Below the pieces are notes generated by a model that saw only the letters and a program-made list of their open reading frames with translations, did no database searches and was not told the DNA's origin. A stretch of DNA of 64,000 bases. Origin: Felis catus. Lineage: Eukaryota. The stretch covers positions 94,118,001-94,182,000 of the forward strand of contig NC_058368.1 of assembly GCF_018350175.1 (NCBI RefSeq), read 5' to 3'. Positions 1 through 11,405 of the stretch are shown piece by piece; the first letter of the stretch is position 1; every line of letters begins with the position of its first letter. The position numbers were made by a program, and so were the translations under genes.

Positions 1-229
1 TGACCTGAGCTGAAGCCTGATGCTTAACCGACTGAGCCACCCAGGTGCCCCTTTTATTGTTATTTTAAATGAATTATTCAATATGAATTTGTAAGTGTCT
101 TGGATCTCAGTAATTTAAAATTTAAAATTTTAAAAAATTAATTAATTAATTAAATGTAATTTATTTACTTTTTAAATTGTAAGATTTCGGGATCCAGAGT
201 TGCTTTAGAGAAATTCCCGCACAAGTATA

Positions 230-1170
230 CTAGGATACTTATATAAGAATGAAATCAAAGCCTAGTCATAGTTCTAAACTGGAAATACTCCAAATATCCT
301 TAATCTGGGGTATATTCATAAGATGAGACATTATGTAACAATAAAAGTGAACAGATTATAGTTACCTAGGACAATAAGGGGGTATGGGGGGGGGAGATCT
401 TATAAACATAATGCAAAATAAGCTAGGCTAAAAGAAAATCATACGCAATATAAAGGCTGACAATAGTCAAGACTGAAGGATATGGCTTTCCCTGATATAT
501 GGTGAAGCTATCCAAGGTATCAAGGGAATGATTATCTCAAATGTCAGGATAGATAGTCAGGGGGTGGTAAGTGGGAAGCAACATTAGATGGGGAAGGTGG
601 GGGGCTTCCTCTGTGCTGGCAATACTCTTTTCCTTGATGTAGGGGGTGGCTTTTTCTAATGTTTATTTATTTTGAGAAAAAGAGAGTGAGCAAGGGAGAG
701 GCAGAGAGAGAGGGAGACAGAGAATCCCAAGCAGACTCTGTGCTGTCAGCTCAGAGCACGACTCCGGGCTTGATCTCACCAACCTTGAGATCATGATCTG
801 AGCCAAAATCAAAAGTCGGATGCTGGGGCACCTGGGTGGCTGAGTCGGTTAAGCGGCTGACTTCGACTCAGGTCATGATTTCGCGGTCCGTGAGTTCGAG
901 CCCCGTGTCGGGCTCTGTGCTGACAGTTCAGAGCCTGGAGCCTGTTTCAGATTCTGTGTCTCCCTCTCTCTGACCCTCCCCTGTTCATGCTCTGTCTCTC
1001 TCTGTCTCAAAAATAAATAAACGTTAAAAAAAATAAAAAAGTCAGCCGCTTAACCTGAGTCACCCAGGCAGCCCTGACCTGTATTTTCATTTTATTTTAG
1101 TATTTGCATTTTATAATTCCTTGTTAAACTTATATATTTTATATACTTTTCTGTAAATTATATTTCACAA
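230..1170 (+). mobile_element. Old L1 3'-end fragment interrupted by nested SINEs
   Basis: L1M-type 3' motifs (ctaaactggaaatactccaaatatcc...; gggcttcctctgtgctggcaatactc). Confidence 0.55.
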
Positions 1171-1594
1171 TCAAAGAAGAAAAGATTAATAGCAAAAGTG
1201 GGAAGTGGGTATATGGGGAAGAATTGTGTTTATTTTTGCCAATCAATCTACCCCTCTAAATAAAAGCAGAAAATGAATAAAACCAGATTCTTGCCCTTGG
1301 AGTGTTCATAATCTAGAAAATATCCATTTAATTTTGTTCCATATTTTGAGTTTTCCCCTCATTTCTCAGAATTATTATAAGAATCAGTGAAGGCATATGT
1401 GAAATATCTTTACAAAATACACAAATTGATATGATCTCTATGTCAGGTACACACTCTTCCTAGAGACTACAAAATATAACAAGGAACAAATAAACTGTGA
1501 TCTGCTCAGCTTGTAGTGAACACAGCAATGGAAATTTTGACCCGAACCGTCTTTGAGCCTCGGTAGTCTTAAATTCCTTCCTAATGGAGGACGT

Positions 1595-1750
1595 ATGGTG
1601 TAATGTGGGACAAGTTACTTAAACCTTTCTGAAGCCCAGTTTCTTCAGCTATAAGAGGGAAATAATAATACCTGTTTTGAAGGTGGCTGAGAGGATTGAA
1701 ATACATAAGATCCAAATAGCACACTTGAAACTGCTCAGAATGCAGTAGAA
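1595..1750 (+). mobile_element. MIR (further MIR fragments near 14400, 20660, 40650, 52300 and 60850)
   Basis: gggacaagttacttaaacctttctgaagcccagtttcttcagctataa MIR core. Confidence 0.7.
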
Positions 1751-1953
1751 ACTCTGTAATTCTCCTTCAAAAGACTACTATTTTGGGGGGGGTATGGTGT
1801 CTGGGTGGCTCAGTTGGTTAAGCCTCAGACTTGGTTTCAGCTCAGGTCATGATCTCACAATTTGTGGGATCAAGCCCCGCATCAGGTTCTGTGCTGACAG
1901 CTCAGAGCTTACTTGGGATTCTCTGTCTCCTTCTCTCTCTGCCCCTCTTCAGC

Positions 1954-1991
<38 letters not shown>

Positions 1992-2339
1992 GTTCTCTCT
2001 CTCTCTCCCCTCTCTCAAAATGAAGAAATAAGTATTGAAAAAAAAACCCAAAGACCACTATTTTGTTTAAAGTTATATTTCTTATGAGTCTTTTTTTTTT
2101 TTAATCAGGCTTCATGCCCAGCACAGACCCCAACGCGGAACTTGAACTCAAGACCCTGAGATCAAGACCTGAGCTGAGATCAAGAGGTAGAAACTTAGTT
2201 GACTGAGCCACCCAGGACCCCCTTATGAGTCCTTATTGATATGGGGTTGCCTCTTCACTTCCTTATGTTACAGTAGGAGATTCAGATTAAGTAATCAGAT
2301 TAAAATTAATGTAAATATAGAATCAAAGCAGTTTCATAC

Positions 2340-2659
2340 TGAGGGGCTCAGGAATGGGGGTGGGGAGACACTGCTGTGACCGCATGGTGTCAGCATCACA
2401 TGCGGATCAGGGAAGCTCTGAAACGAAGCATTTGCCCATGCAGAGCTCAAGATGGTTTGGGCAGCCCCTGACACAAGGCAGTGGGGACCAGAAATGTCAG
2501 CATCTTCGCTGCAATGCCTCTTTATCTAAGTCTAAGCTATTCCCGAAAACACGACGGGTAACAATTTAGGCGCTAGAGTTAGACTCTTTCTTAGTATTTT
2601 TAGAGGTGGTCTACATGCTAGTATTTTAAATGGGGAAAATAATCATGCATTCTATATTC
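2340..2659 (-). pseudogene. Pseudo-exon, heavily disrupted (GNIECM..., GIAAKMLTFL)
   Basis: Acceptor ttttttgtag|GAAT and donor CTCA|gtatga. Fragments resemble recalled GREB1 EGDIDIL and VAQKLLSHV. Several stops and frameshifts. Confidence 0.55.
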
Positions 2660-2791
2660 CTACAAAAAATCCAGCCAATTTTCCCAAATGTCATGAACGT
2701 TGCTCTTTGACTCCTGTAACAATTTTTTAGTGCACGATTTAAGCATTTAAAATACTTATCATTCAGTTATTTGACAACTTCCTGAGCTCAC

Positions 2792-2880
2792 CAACAGTAT
2801 GTTTCTGCACAGCCTCAAGGAGACTGACTATACACCATGAGATATGAATTATGGTTTCTTTTTCCACTGCAATGAACATG
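2792..2880 (-). pseudogene. Pseudo-exon MFIAVEKETIIHISWCIVSLLEAVQKHTV
   Basis: Acceptor tttaccctgcacag| and donor TTG|gtgagc. 89 nt, open in phase 2->1. Confidence 0.75.
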
Positions 2881-3349
2881 CTGTGCAGGGTAAATAAAGG
2901 CCATACCCTGCTGAGGATACATAACGACACTTAGGAAACTAAAATTTGGTAAAGAGAGGCAGTTAAAAAATGGTTACTTTCTAATTGCCCCCAGGATGAG
3001 TGGGGTGGGAGGGGAGGAGGACCGTGGGCTTGGTAGATGTTTGGCAACTGGTGGGGTTTGAGGGAGAATGAACTAGTGAAATGTCAGTTGACTCAGGACC
3101 TGCCGGAGATTTGTCCAGGTCTAAAATCAAGGAATGGATAGACATTCTTCTCAACTTGGCAATCAAGGCTCAGTCAGTGACTGAGAAGCCCCACTTGAAA
3201 CAAGAGGACAAAACCCAAAACAGCCAATGAAACAGTTCCCCAGGGGGCTCAGTGTCCGACTTCGGCTCAGGTTATAATCTCATGGTTCATGAGTTCCAGC
3301 CCAGTGTTGGGCTCCATGCTGACGGCTCAGAGCCTGGAGCCTGCCTTGG

Positions 3350-3401
<52 letters not shown>

Positions 3402-3426
3402 AGCCTGCCTTGGATTCTGTGTCTCC

Positions 3427-3476
<50 letters not shown>

Positions 3477-3626
3477 GCCTGCCTTGGATTCTGTGTCTCC
3501 CTCTCTCTCTCTGCCCCTCCCACACTTGCACTCTGTCTCTGTCTCTCGATAATAAATAAACATTAAAAATTTAAAAAAAATTAAAAAAAAAGTAACAGCT
3601 CCTCAAAACCAAGAGCATTCCCTTAC

Positions 3627-3662
3627 CTTGCTGCTCTATAGCGCCCAGTAATAAAATGGCAC
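3627..3662 (-). pseudogene. Pseudo-exon CHFITGRYRAA
   Basis: Acceptor catttccag| and donor AAG|gtaagg. 36 nt; the phase 2->2 reading joins the 2792-2880 exon in frame. Confidence 0.75.
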
Positions 3663-3755
3663 CTGGAAATGCAGTTTTGAATGTGATACTTCTGCTCATG
3701 TCATAATCGCTGTTGTTTATACCAACGATCACTTCCCGTGCATGACCGAAAATAC

Positions 3756-3865
3756 CTTTTAAACACTTGGCATTGAGTATTCAGATGTACTCTTCTTCCT
3801 CTTCTTCTGAGCAACAGTGAGCGTCGCTGTGAACAGGTTTCTCTTTAGATTCTTCAACATTTTCC
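3756..3865 (-). pseudogene. Pseudo-exon ENVEESKEKPVHSDAHCCSEEEEEEYI*ILNAKCLK
   Basis: Acceptor ttacatag| and donor AAG|gtattt. One in-frame TGA; one base out of phase with the ITGRY reading of the next exon. Confidence 0.65.
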
Positions 3866-4248
3866 CTATGTAATTATAGCCATGTCTATATTTACATTTA
3901 TGTTTGAATTCACAGGACTATAACCTTAGCAACATCTGTGACTTTAAAAAAATTTTTTGTTTAATGTTTATTTATTTTTGAGAGAGAAAGAGACAGAACA
4001 TGAGTGGGGGAGAGGCAGAGAGAGAGGGAGACACAGAATCTGAAGCAGGCTCCAGGCTCTGAGCTGTCAGCATAGAGCCTGACATGGGGCTCGAACCCAG
4101 TAGCTGTAAGACCATGACTTGAGTTGAAGTCAGATGTTTAACCGACTGAGCCGCCCAGGTGCCCCCATCTGTGACTTTTTGCTTTGAGATGATCCCTTCC
4201 CCCAACGAAATGGCAGGATCAGTTTCCTAGAAGACATTTCTTATTTAA

Positions 4249-4664
4249 TGTCTTAGTCGTTGGGTTGCTACCACAAAATACAAGAAATTTATTTCTCACA
4301 GTTCTGGAGGGTGGGAAGTCCAAGATCAAGTATATAGCACAGTTGCCTTCTGGTGGAGGCCCTTTTCCTGTTTATAGCCCGTGCTTTCTCACTTTGTCCT
4401 CAACAAGGTGGAAGGGGTGAAGGAGGGAGCTCTGTGGGGTCTGTTTTATGAGAGTACTAATGTCATTCATGCTGACTCCACCCCTCATGACCTAATCATT
4501 TCCCAAAGCCCCGACTTCCTAATACCACCACTTTTAGAGGTTAGAATTTCAATTTCCATTAATACCATCACTTTTGGAGCTTAGGATTTCAACATAAGAG
4601 TTTAAAAAAAATTTTTTTTACATTTATTTATTTTTGAGAGAAAGAGAGAGCACGAGTGGGGGGG

Positions 4665-4698
<34 letters not shown>

Positions 4699-4877
4699 CT
4701 CAAGCAGGCTCCAGGCTCTGAGCTGTCAGCACAGAGCCCGACGTGGGGCTCAAACTCACAAACCATAAGATCATGACCTGAGCCAAAGTCTGATGCTTAA
4801 CCGACTGAGCCACCCAGGGGCCCCAAGGTAAGAATATTTTTTGAAAGGGGGAGACAGAAACATTCAGATTATAGCAC
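4249..4877 (-). mobile_element. MaLR LTR (MLT1A-like) with an inserted SINE
   Basis: tgtcttagtc...aaatttatttctcacagttctggagg...gaagtccaagatcaag...cctcatgacctaatca. Confidence 0.8.
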
Positions 4878-5013
4878 TGAATAATGTGAAGATGATGTCT
4901 ATAATGTATAGTCCACATAAACGTAACATAAACACCGTTATATCCGGAAGGGTTCTGAGCCGGGTCTGCAGACCACTGTGCATCCTCTCCTCCAGATGTG
5001 TAAGCTAACATAC

Positions 5014-5187
5014 ATATTTCGGGTGACAGATCCCTACAGATCTGTTAGGTGAGTTTTGATTTAGAGTGAATTTGGAGTAAAACGGTTTGCAGTCTTCAGA
5101 TAGTGAAAATTCGGGAGGTGAGGGATACCCGCATTTTTTTGCCCAGCCCCCACAGAGGGCTCCCTGGTAAAGGCTTATCTGCTATCT
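5014..5187 (-). pseudogene. Pseudo-exon R*QISLYQGALCGGWAKKCGYPSPPEFSLSEDCKPFYSKFTLNQNSPNRSVGICHPKY
   Basis: Acceptor ctttttcttaaataacag| and donor TAT|gtatgt. 174 nt; aligns with the 9443-9787 exon (PP[KE][YF]...D.K.F.S). Confidence 0.7.
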
Positions 5188-5296
5188 CTGTTATTTAAGA
5201 AAAAGTCAAATGGGCACACTGACTCGTTATTCTTTACAGTTCCTAATCTATTTGAAGAGATAGCCACAGGTATGCACAAAGGACACATATTCAGAC

Positions 5297-5415
5297 CCTT
5301 GGGAGTATCCGAGTCTGTCAGGACTCATGGCGGCGTATCCTTTTTCCAAAGTGGTGCTAAATTTGAAGTTCAAAAATTGATGTGACCTCTTCAGAAAGTT
5401 GCTGGGTGTGACTGC
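5297..5415 (-). pseudogene. Pseudo-exon GSHTQQLSEEVTSIFELQI*...
   Basis: Acceptor caagtag| with a weak donor gtctga. EEVTSIFEL mirrors EEVLPFFEL of the preceding repeat copy. Confidence 0.6.
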
Positions 5416-5541
5416 CTACTTGATAGTGAGCAAAGGACAAAGCCACAGGGGAACAACCCTGACGTTGACCAATCAATTATGCAAGTTCATGCAATCACAT
5501 GTGTGTCTCAAGGAAAGGACAGATATTCAGAAGCCACTCAC

Positions 5542-5640
5542 CAGTGGAAATGGAAACACGAACTCTGTGGAAGCCAGGGATCCACTCCACCCCACTGTCC
5601 CTGTTCATAAGGCACTGTTTTCCCCTCTCCAAATAAATTT
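5542..5640 (-). pseudogene. Pseudo-exon EIYLERGKQCLMNRDSGVEWIPGFHRVRVSIST
   Basis: Acceptor tgtgtag| and donor CTG|gtgagt. 99 nt, open in phase 1->1, compatible with both neighbours. Confidence 0.7.
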
Positions 5641-5691
5641 CTACACATGGTGGACTTACTATTTGAGGTTTTGAGCATAATATTAAGGTGC

Positions 5692-5731
<40 letters not shown>

Positions 5732-5964
5732 CGTTTTGGGGAGCCTGGGTGGCTCAGTTGGTTAAGCATCCGACTTTGGCTCAGGTCATGATCTCATGGT
5801 TCATGAGTTCGAGCCCCCAGGCAGGCTCTGTGTTGACAGCTCAGAGCCTGGAGCCCACTTCAAATTCTCTGTTTCCGTCTCTCTCTGTCCCTCCCCTGCG
5901 CATGCTCTGTCTCGGTCTCTCTCTGTGTTTCATTTATTTTTGAGAGAGAGAGAGAGAGAGAGAG

Positions 5965-5998
<34 letters not shown>

Positions 5999-6242
5999 GG
6001 AGAGAGGCAGAGAGAGAGGGAGACACAGAATCCGAAGCAGGCTCCGGGCTCGGAGCTGTCAGCAAAGAGCTCGAGGCCGGGCTCGAATTCATGTACTGAC
6101 TGATCATGTACTGATCATGACCTGAGCCGAAGTTGGACAGTGAAGCCACTGAGCCCCCAGGCGCCCCATTATTTTACGTACACATGAAAAATGTTACCGT
6201 GTTTTTAAAAAATGAAGTTGGAGACGGTAACAAACACACCAC

Positions 6243-6500
6243 CTTCCCTGAGAAGGTCAATTTTGCCTTCTCCAAAATGCAGGAAGCAGCGGAGGAAGAG
6301 GCCCTACCTGTTAAGTGGGCAGGTGGCGCTGTGAACACACTAGGCTTTCGGTTTCGGGTCTTCCCTTTCTCTCTTTTTATTCGGCCCCACTAACACCATC
6401 CTGGCCACTAGGGGGTGCTGCTGGCTTTCTAATATTTCTGCCCGGGCACAAACCACCAAAATTGTTCCTTTTTCATGGGGGATTTGCAGCAGCAGCACAG
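6243..6500 (-). pseudogene. Pseudo-exon ending GLFLRCFLHFGEGKIDLLRE
   Basis: Acceptor aatatttcag| with a weak donor GAAG|gtggtg. 258 nt with stops; an alternative frame near the start gives CCCCKS...FVPGQKY, implying an internal frameshift. Confidence 0.65.
6315..6420 (+). promoter_or_regulatory. Two same-orientation CTCF-like motifs
   Basis: gtgggcaggtggcgctg at 6315-6331 and tggccactagggggtgctg at 6402-6420, compared with the CCASYAGRKGGCRS consensus. Confidence 0.55.
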
Positions 6501-7496
6501 CTGAAATATTTAAGCTAAACTTTGGTAAAGGACCAGGATAACAAAATGGAGATTAGGATGAAAAGTGCTTAGTGAATGGATCACAAAGCTTCTGGAAAGT
6601 CATGTTAATAGGTTTGGACAGCAGCACCTGGGTGGCTCAGTCGGTTAAGCGGCTGGCTTCAGCTCAGGTCCTGATCTGGCGGTTGATGGGTTCGAGCCCG
6701 CCTCGGGCCCTGTGCTGACAGCTCAGAGCCTGGACCCTGCTTCAGATTCTGGGTCTCCCTCTCTCTCCGCCCCTCCCCCACTCGTGCTGTGTCTCTGTCT
6801 CTCGCTCAAAAATAAACATTAAAAATTTTTTAAAAATAGATTTGGACCTTTTCCCAGGGCAGCACAGAATGGTTGAAAAAGTTTTAAGCATGAGAGAATG
6901 CCATGAGGGTTGTATTGTAAAAGAACATCTGGTTGCCATATGAAGACTGGATTAGGGAGATGAAAATATCACCAACTGAAAGACCGTTACAGTATCCCGG
7001 AAAAAAAAGATGGTGACGACCAGAAATAAAATAGTATGTCCTCTGATGGCTCACTAGCATCCGTTGGGAGGGGTTTAGGATGGGAGAGGATATGAGTCAA
7101 TACGGTAGGAGGTGAAAAGATACTGGTCAGTAATGACTGAGTAGAATATAGAAGATACTATGGGGACAAGGGTGTCTGGGCGGCTCAGTCGGTTGAGCGT
7201 CTGACTCTTGATTTTAGCTCAGGTTACCATCTCCCGGTTCGTGGGTTCGAGCCCTGCCTCGGGCTCTGCTCTGATAGTGCAGAGCCTGCTTGGGAGTCTC
7301 TCTCTCTCTGCCCCTCCCCTGCTCTCTCTCTCTTTCAGAATAAATAAACAAAATATAAAGAAGATACTGTGGGACAAAAATGGAAGGGGAGGGGAGAGGG
7401 AAGGAGAGAGGGAGGGAGATTGACTGAGAGAGAGATTTGATTGATTGACTTTTCCTGAAGTTGAGGAAATGTTCCCCCTCACTGAAGCCAACTTAC

Positions 7497-7535
7497 TCAG
7501 GTATTCAGAGACATCCTGATGATGCTAAAAGCAGC
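7497..7535 (-). pseudogene. Small pseudo-exon (39 nt)
   Basis: Strong acceptor ctgctctctactgccag| and donor TGA|gtaagt. There is a stop in every frame. Confidence 0.6.
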
Positions 7536-7833
7536 CTGGCAGTAGAGAGCAGACAGCAAACATTTCTGAGAAATCTGCAAGGTGGCGTCCTGTGCATGAG
7601 AACCTCTGTTTTCTAGACACTGTGCTAGGTGCCTGATTATAGGGTTGCTAGAGCAACAACTGATAACATTTCCAGTTGGCTCCTGACCCACAGAGTAGGG
7701 AAATACTGGTTTGAAATACCAAGAAGTCAAGCATCCTTATTGTTATTATAATTTCCTTCTTTAAAAAAGCACATCACGATACAGAGAACTGTCTTGTCTT
7801 TGCTGCGGTTATTAGGTATGTAACAGGTGTTAA

Positions 7834-7865
7834 AGGATGGATGGATGGATGGATGGATGGATGGA
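7834..7865 (+). repeat. (GGAT)n microsatellite
   Basis: Direct reading. Confidence 0.95.
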
Positions 7866-8610
7866 GAATAAGAATGGTAAGTGTTTGGATGTACAGCACC
7901 CACGATTCAGAGCCCAGTTCTTTCCTTTTGTATTGTTACTTATGGCAATCTTGTTTTAACTACTGGAAAGTACTAGGATTCTAGAGCATGACATTTTCAA
8001 ACAACTATATTCACTGGGTTATCATTCATCAGATATGAGCATCTTTTTCATTCAGGGGAATATCATGGTTGGAAACAAAGTTACATTGACAAATGCAAAG
8101 GAACTGTTCCAGATGGGTGGTTAGGGCAGGAAGCAATTGGAGAGAATCTTTGTTCATTTGCATCGTGCTTAACTGGCGAGGCTTACAACATGCAATGTCC
8201 TTTATATCATATTATATCATTAGTTCTATATAAAGAACTAAAAATAAAACAATGTCATTTAGCTTAACGTTGGCACTTGGAAAGCAGCATTGGCCAAGGC
8301 CTTGCTGAATGAGGCAGACAACACAGTATTAAATGAGAAGAGCCTTGTCAGAATATCTTTTGATAAGGTCACCCTCTATGAGCCTATAAACTACAAATTA
8401 TTCTGGATTATACTGCCATATAAAATACATTAAATAGAAAAAAGAATGCTGGTCCGTCCCTGAGCAATAGTCTCATCCTATTGTTGTCATGTCTATTTAT
8501 GTACAACTCTAGGAATGATCCGTGGTTTCCCTGTTTTCCACGGTATTGCTTTGATTTAGTGTTTCGACATTGAAAAGGAGCTCTGATAACTTCCATCTGA
8601 TGCTTCTTAC

Positions 8611-8648
8611 CATGTCACCAATACTCCTTACTCTGAGGATGAGCCAGC
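8611..8648 (-). pseudogene. Small pseudo-exon (38 nt)
   Basis: Acceptor catttccag| and donor ATG|gtaaga. The frame is ambiguous. Confidence 0.6.
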
Positions 8649-9442
8649 CTGGAAATGTTATCAACTGTTACTGCTTCACCAACCCTATAATTGGGACCTG
8701 AGAAAATGACTGTGGAATGTATCTTGGACCCAAATGGGCTTAGAGCAAGGCACCCTTGAATCAAAATCCTATATTACCTGGTCCCATAACCCCCTGCTCT
8801 GAGTGATGAATCATAGTGATGTCTGGAGTCCCCAGAATTAATGTTAGCTCGCTAGCATTTAATAATCCTCAAAATTAAAATGATTTCTCCAAGTGTATGT
8901 TTATGCAAGGTTAATGGCCAAGGTCCCAGGAATATGATCATGGAAAGGAACCTTGTTAAGGCTATCCAACATCTTACTCAAAACATTCTAGGGGTAGGAA
9001 CAGACTCAGGTCCCCTGTGGACCCCATGAATTAACCACACCAGAAATCTGTGCATATTACACACTACTTTAAGTGTGATCAACAAACTGGTGGCTATTAT
9101 TTTTTTTCTTTTACTTTTTTTTTTTTGTAAATTTTGTTTCCAATTTAATTATTTTGAGAGAGCACGTGCACAAGCAGAGCAGGGGCACAGAGAGAGAGAG
9201 AGAGAGGGAGAGAGAGAGAATCTGAAGCAGGCTCTGCGCTCGCAGCACAGAACCCGATGTAAGCCTCAAACCCATGAACCATGAGATCATGACCTGAACC
9301 GACATCGAGTCGTAAGCTCAACCGACTGAGCCATGTGGTGGCTATTACAATGAGCAGAACCGTTTTCTGTAGGGCACTGTCTTTCGGGATCGTCCTGACC
9401 TCACTGAGCTTAGGGAGCTCACTTTCACTCAGCTCTTCCTAC

Positions 9443-9787
9443 CAGCCTTCCCAGCTGACTAAGGATAGCCACTAAAACATGCTTTAATGGGGCTGACACT
9501 CTTCTCCCCGACCATCACGATGGATCTCCCCGATCCATCACGGCAGAGGCGAAAATCTTCAAGTCTGCAGTGGTAACAGGATATTTTGGAGGGATGCTTT
9601 CATATCGAATCCAACATGGAGGTCCTCTGAAATCTCTGAATTCATTCCACAGCCGCGTGTAAAGGAATATGTTGCCTTTGATGGAGTTTAACACATTCAT
9701 TTGTTGCAGGCTGGAAGCTGCTGGTCCAGCCAGCACATTTTCAGAGTCACATTTGATTTCCTGAGCCAGTTCAAAGAAGGGTAACAC
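9443..9787 (-). pseudogene. Pseudo-exon VLPFFELAQEIKC...IFLYTRLWNEF...PPKYPVTTADLKIFASAVM(23-nt duplication)VGEKSVSPIKACFS
   Basis: Acceptor ttttgatgtag|GTG and donor CTG|gtagga. Corresponds to ORF 9515..9787; the frame is broken by a 23-nt tandem duplication. Confidence 0.8.
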
Positions 9788-10027
9788 CTACATCAAAATA
9801 TAAACTATGGGGGAGGAGCGGAGGGGCACCTGGGTGGCTCAGTCGGTTAAGCATCCGACTGCAGCTCAGGTCATGATCTCACGGTTCGTGAGTTCAAGCC
9901 GCACATGGGGTTCTATGCTGACAGCTCAGAGCCTGGAGCCTGCTTCGGATTCTGTGTCTCCCTCTCTCTCTCCCCCTCCCCCGCTCACACTCTCTCTCTC
10001 AAAAAGAAATAAACATTAAAAAATTAA

Positions 10028-10058
<31 letters not shown>

Positions 10059-10076
10059 GGTATCGGAAAACATTAC

Positions 10077-10690
10077 CTCCTCAACTGATCACCTTCAAAA
10101 GCCATTTCCACTAATAGTCTCCAAACTTTTGATGACGTGAGTTAGCAAATTCCTACCATTCTTTGTAACGTCATTCTCGTTTTCCCTACTCTGGTTCTAT
10201 ATTTCACTACATTTGAGTTTGCATTCTGGCCGCCAGCCAGGCCACAGTGAGACTTCCAGCGGATGTCGGAAGGTTTCTCTAGCAACCAAGATGAGCTTCC
10301 CCAGCAAAAGCAAGCAGGGCTGAATGTTTCAGAAGATTTTGGGGGTTCTGGATTCTCCAGGTCCTAAGCGCATCCTGATAATTGGTTTTCTAGTTTCCAC
10401 TAACATCATAATGAGGCAGCCCAAGAATTAATCTCTGGGTTTGGTTTTCAGAGATTTCAGGTTTCATCAGTCACTGGAAGAGTTTAGAGTTTCACGTGGT
10501 GCTTTGAGGAAAACATTTCGAGATGTGAATGCCACTCCCAGCTTTGTTATCTGGTGCTTTCAGGAACAATTAATTCTACTTCCTGGTACCCCAAAGATCT
10601 GCCCCAAAGATTAGTCATCTCACCACTGCATTCCATGGGTGATTGGCCTCATACCCTGGAATCTGAACTTTTGTCATTTATTCAGTGGGA
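10077..10690 (-). pseudogene. Large disrupted pseudo-exon (KVQIPGYEA ... NLLTHVIKSLETISGNGF*R*SVEE)
   Basis: Donor GAG|gtaatg is phase 0, matching the next exon. The acceptor is weak. Several stops and frameshifts. Confidence 0.6.
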
Positions 10691-10899
10691 CTTTTTAGGA
10701 AATATGTATGAAATATACTTTAGTAATCATTTGGGTTGGCTGTAGCTTATGATTGAAAACAAATGAACAGAGAGCACCGGGGTGGCTCAGCTGGTTAAAC
10801 ACCCGACTCTTAATCTCAGCTCAGGTCTTGAGCCCAGGGTTGTGAGCTCAAGCCCCATGTTGGGCTGGGTGTGAAGCATTCTTAAAAAAATACACATAC

Positions 10900-11010
10900 A
10901 GATGAATAAAATAACATATTATTGGCCATTTTGATGTTCATGCTGATTATATGTGAGCTCTTGAACTTGTCTCCAAAGGTCTTAACGAGAAACGATAACA
11001 GGCCACCCCT
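10900..11010 (-). pseudogene. Pseudo-exon (111 nt), likely ...HQNGQ*YVILFI
   Basis: Acceptor attctcag| and donor TCT|gtatgt. Confidence 0.65.
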
Positions 11011-11335
11011 CTGAGAATATTGCTCATTAGGCCATGTGATAACATGTACTGGGAAGTGGATATTCATTTCACCTTAGAGTATGACTCTCATGAGTTAAAA
11101 AGAACTCTGATAACTCATGACTCATACTTTTGTTACTTTTAGCTTTACACTGGATAGCTTATTCAATTTCTGTGACTTGTGTGATGTAGAGTCTGATCCC
11201 CATCATGAAAAGGCACAGAAGGGTTATGTAACGTACGTCACATAATCACATTCAGAAGGTAAATATGATTAAACAAATTGCACACTGACCTTTCTACAGA
11301 GATAAAACAAAACGAAACAAAACAAAACAATTCGC

Positions 11336-11405
11336 TTTTTGGTCATGCCCGGATGGCAAACAATGGCTATGTGTCCAATACAGAAATTCTTCACCTGACA
11401 GTTGA
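11336..11405 (-). pseudogene. Pseudo-exon VNCQVKNFCIGHIAIVCHPGMTK
   Basis: Strong acceptor tttttcttcttcttgcttag|; the donor is uncertain (gcgaat). IAIVCHP mirrors VGICHP of the 5014-5187 exon. Confidence 0.55.
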
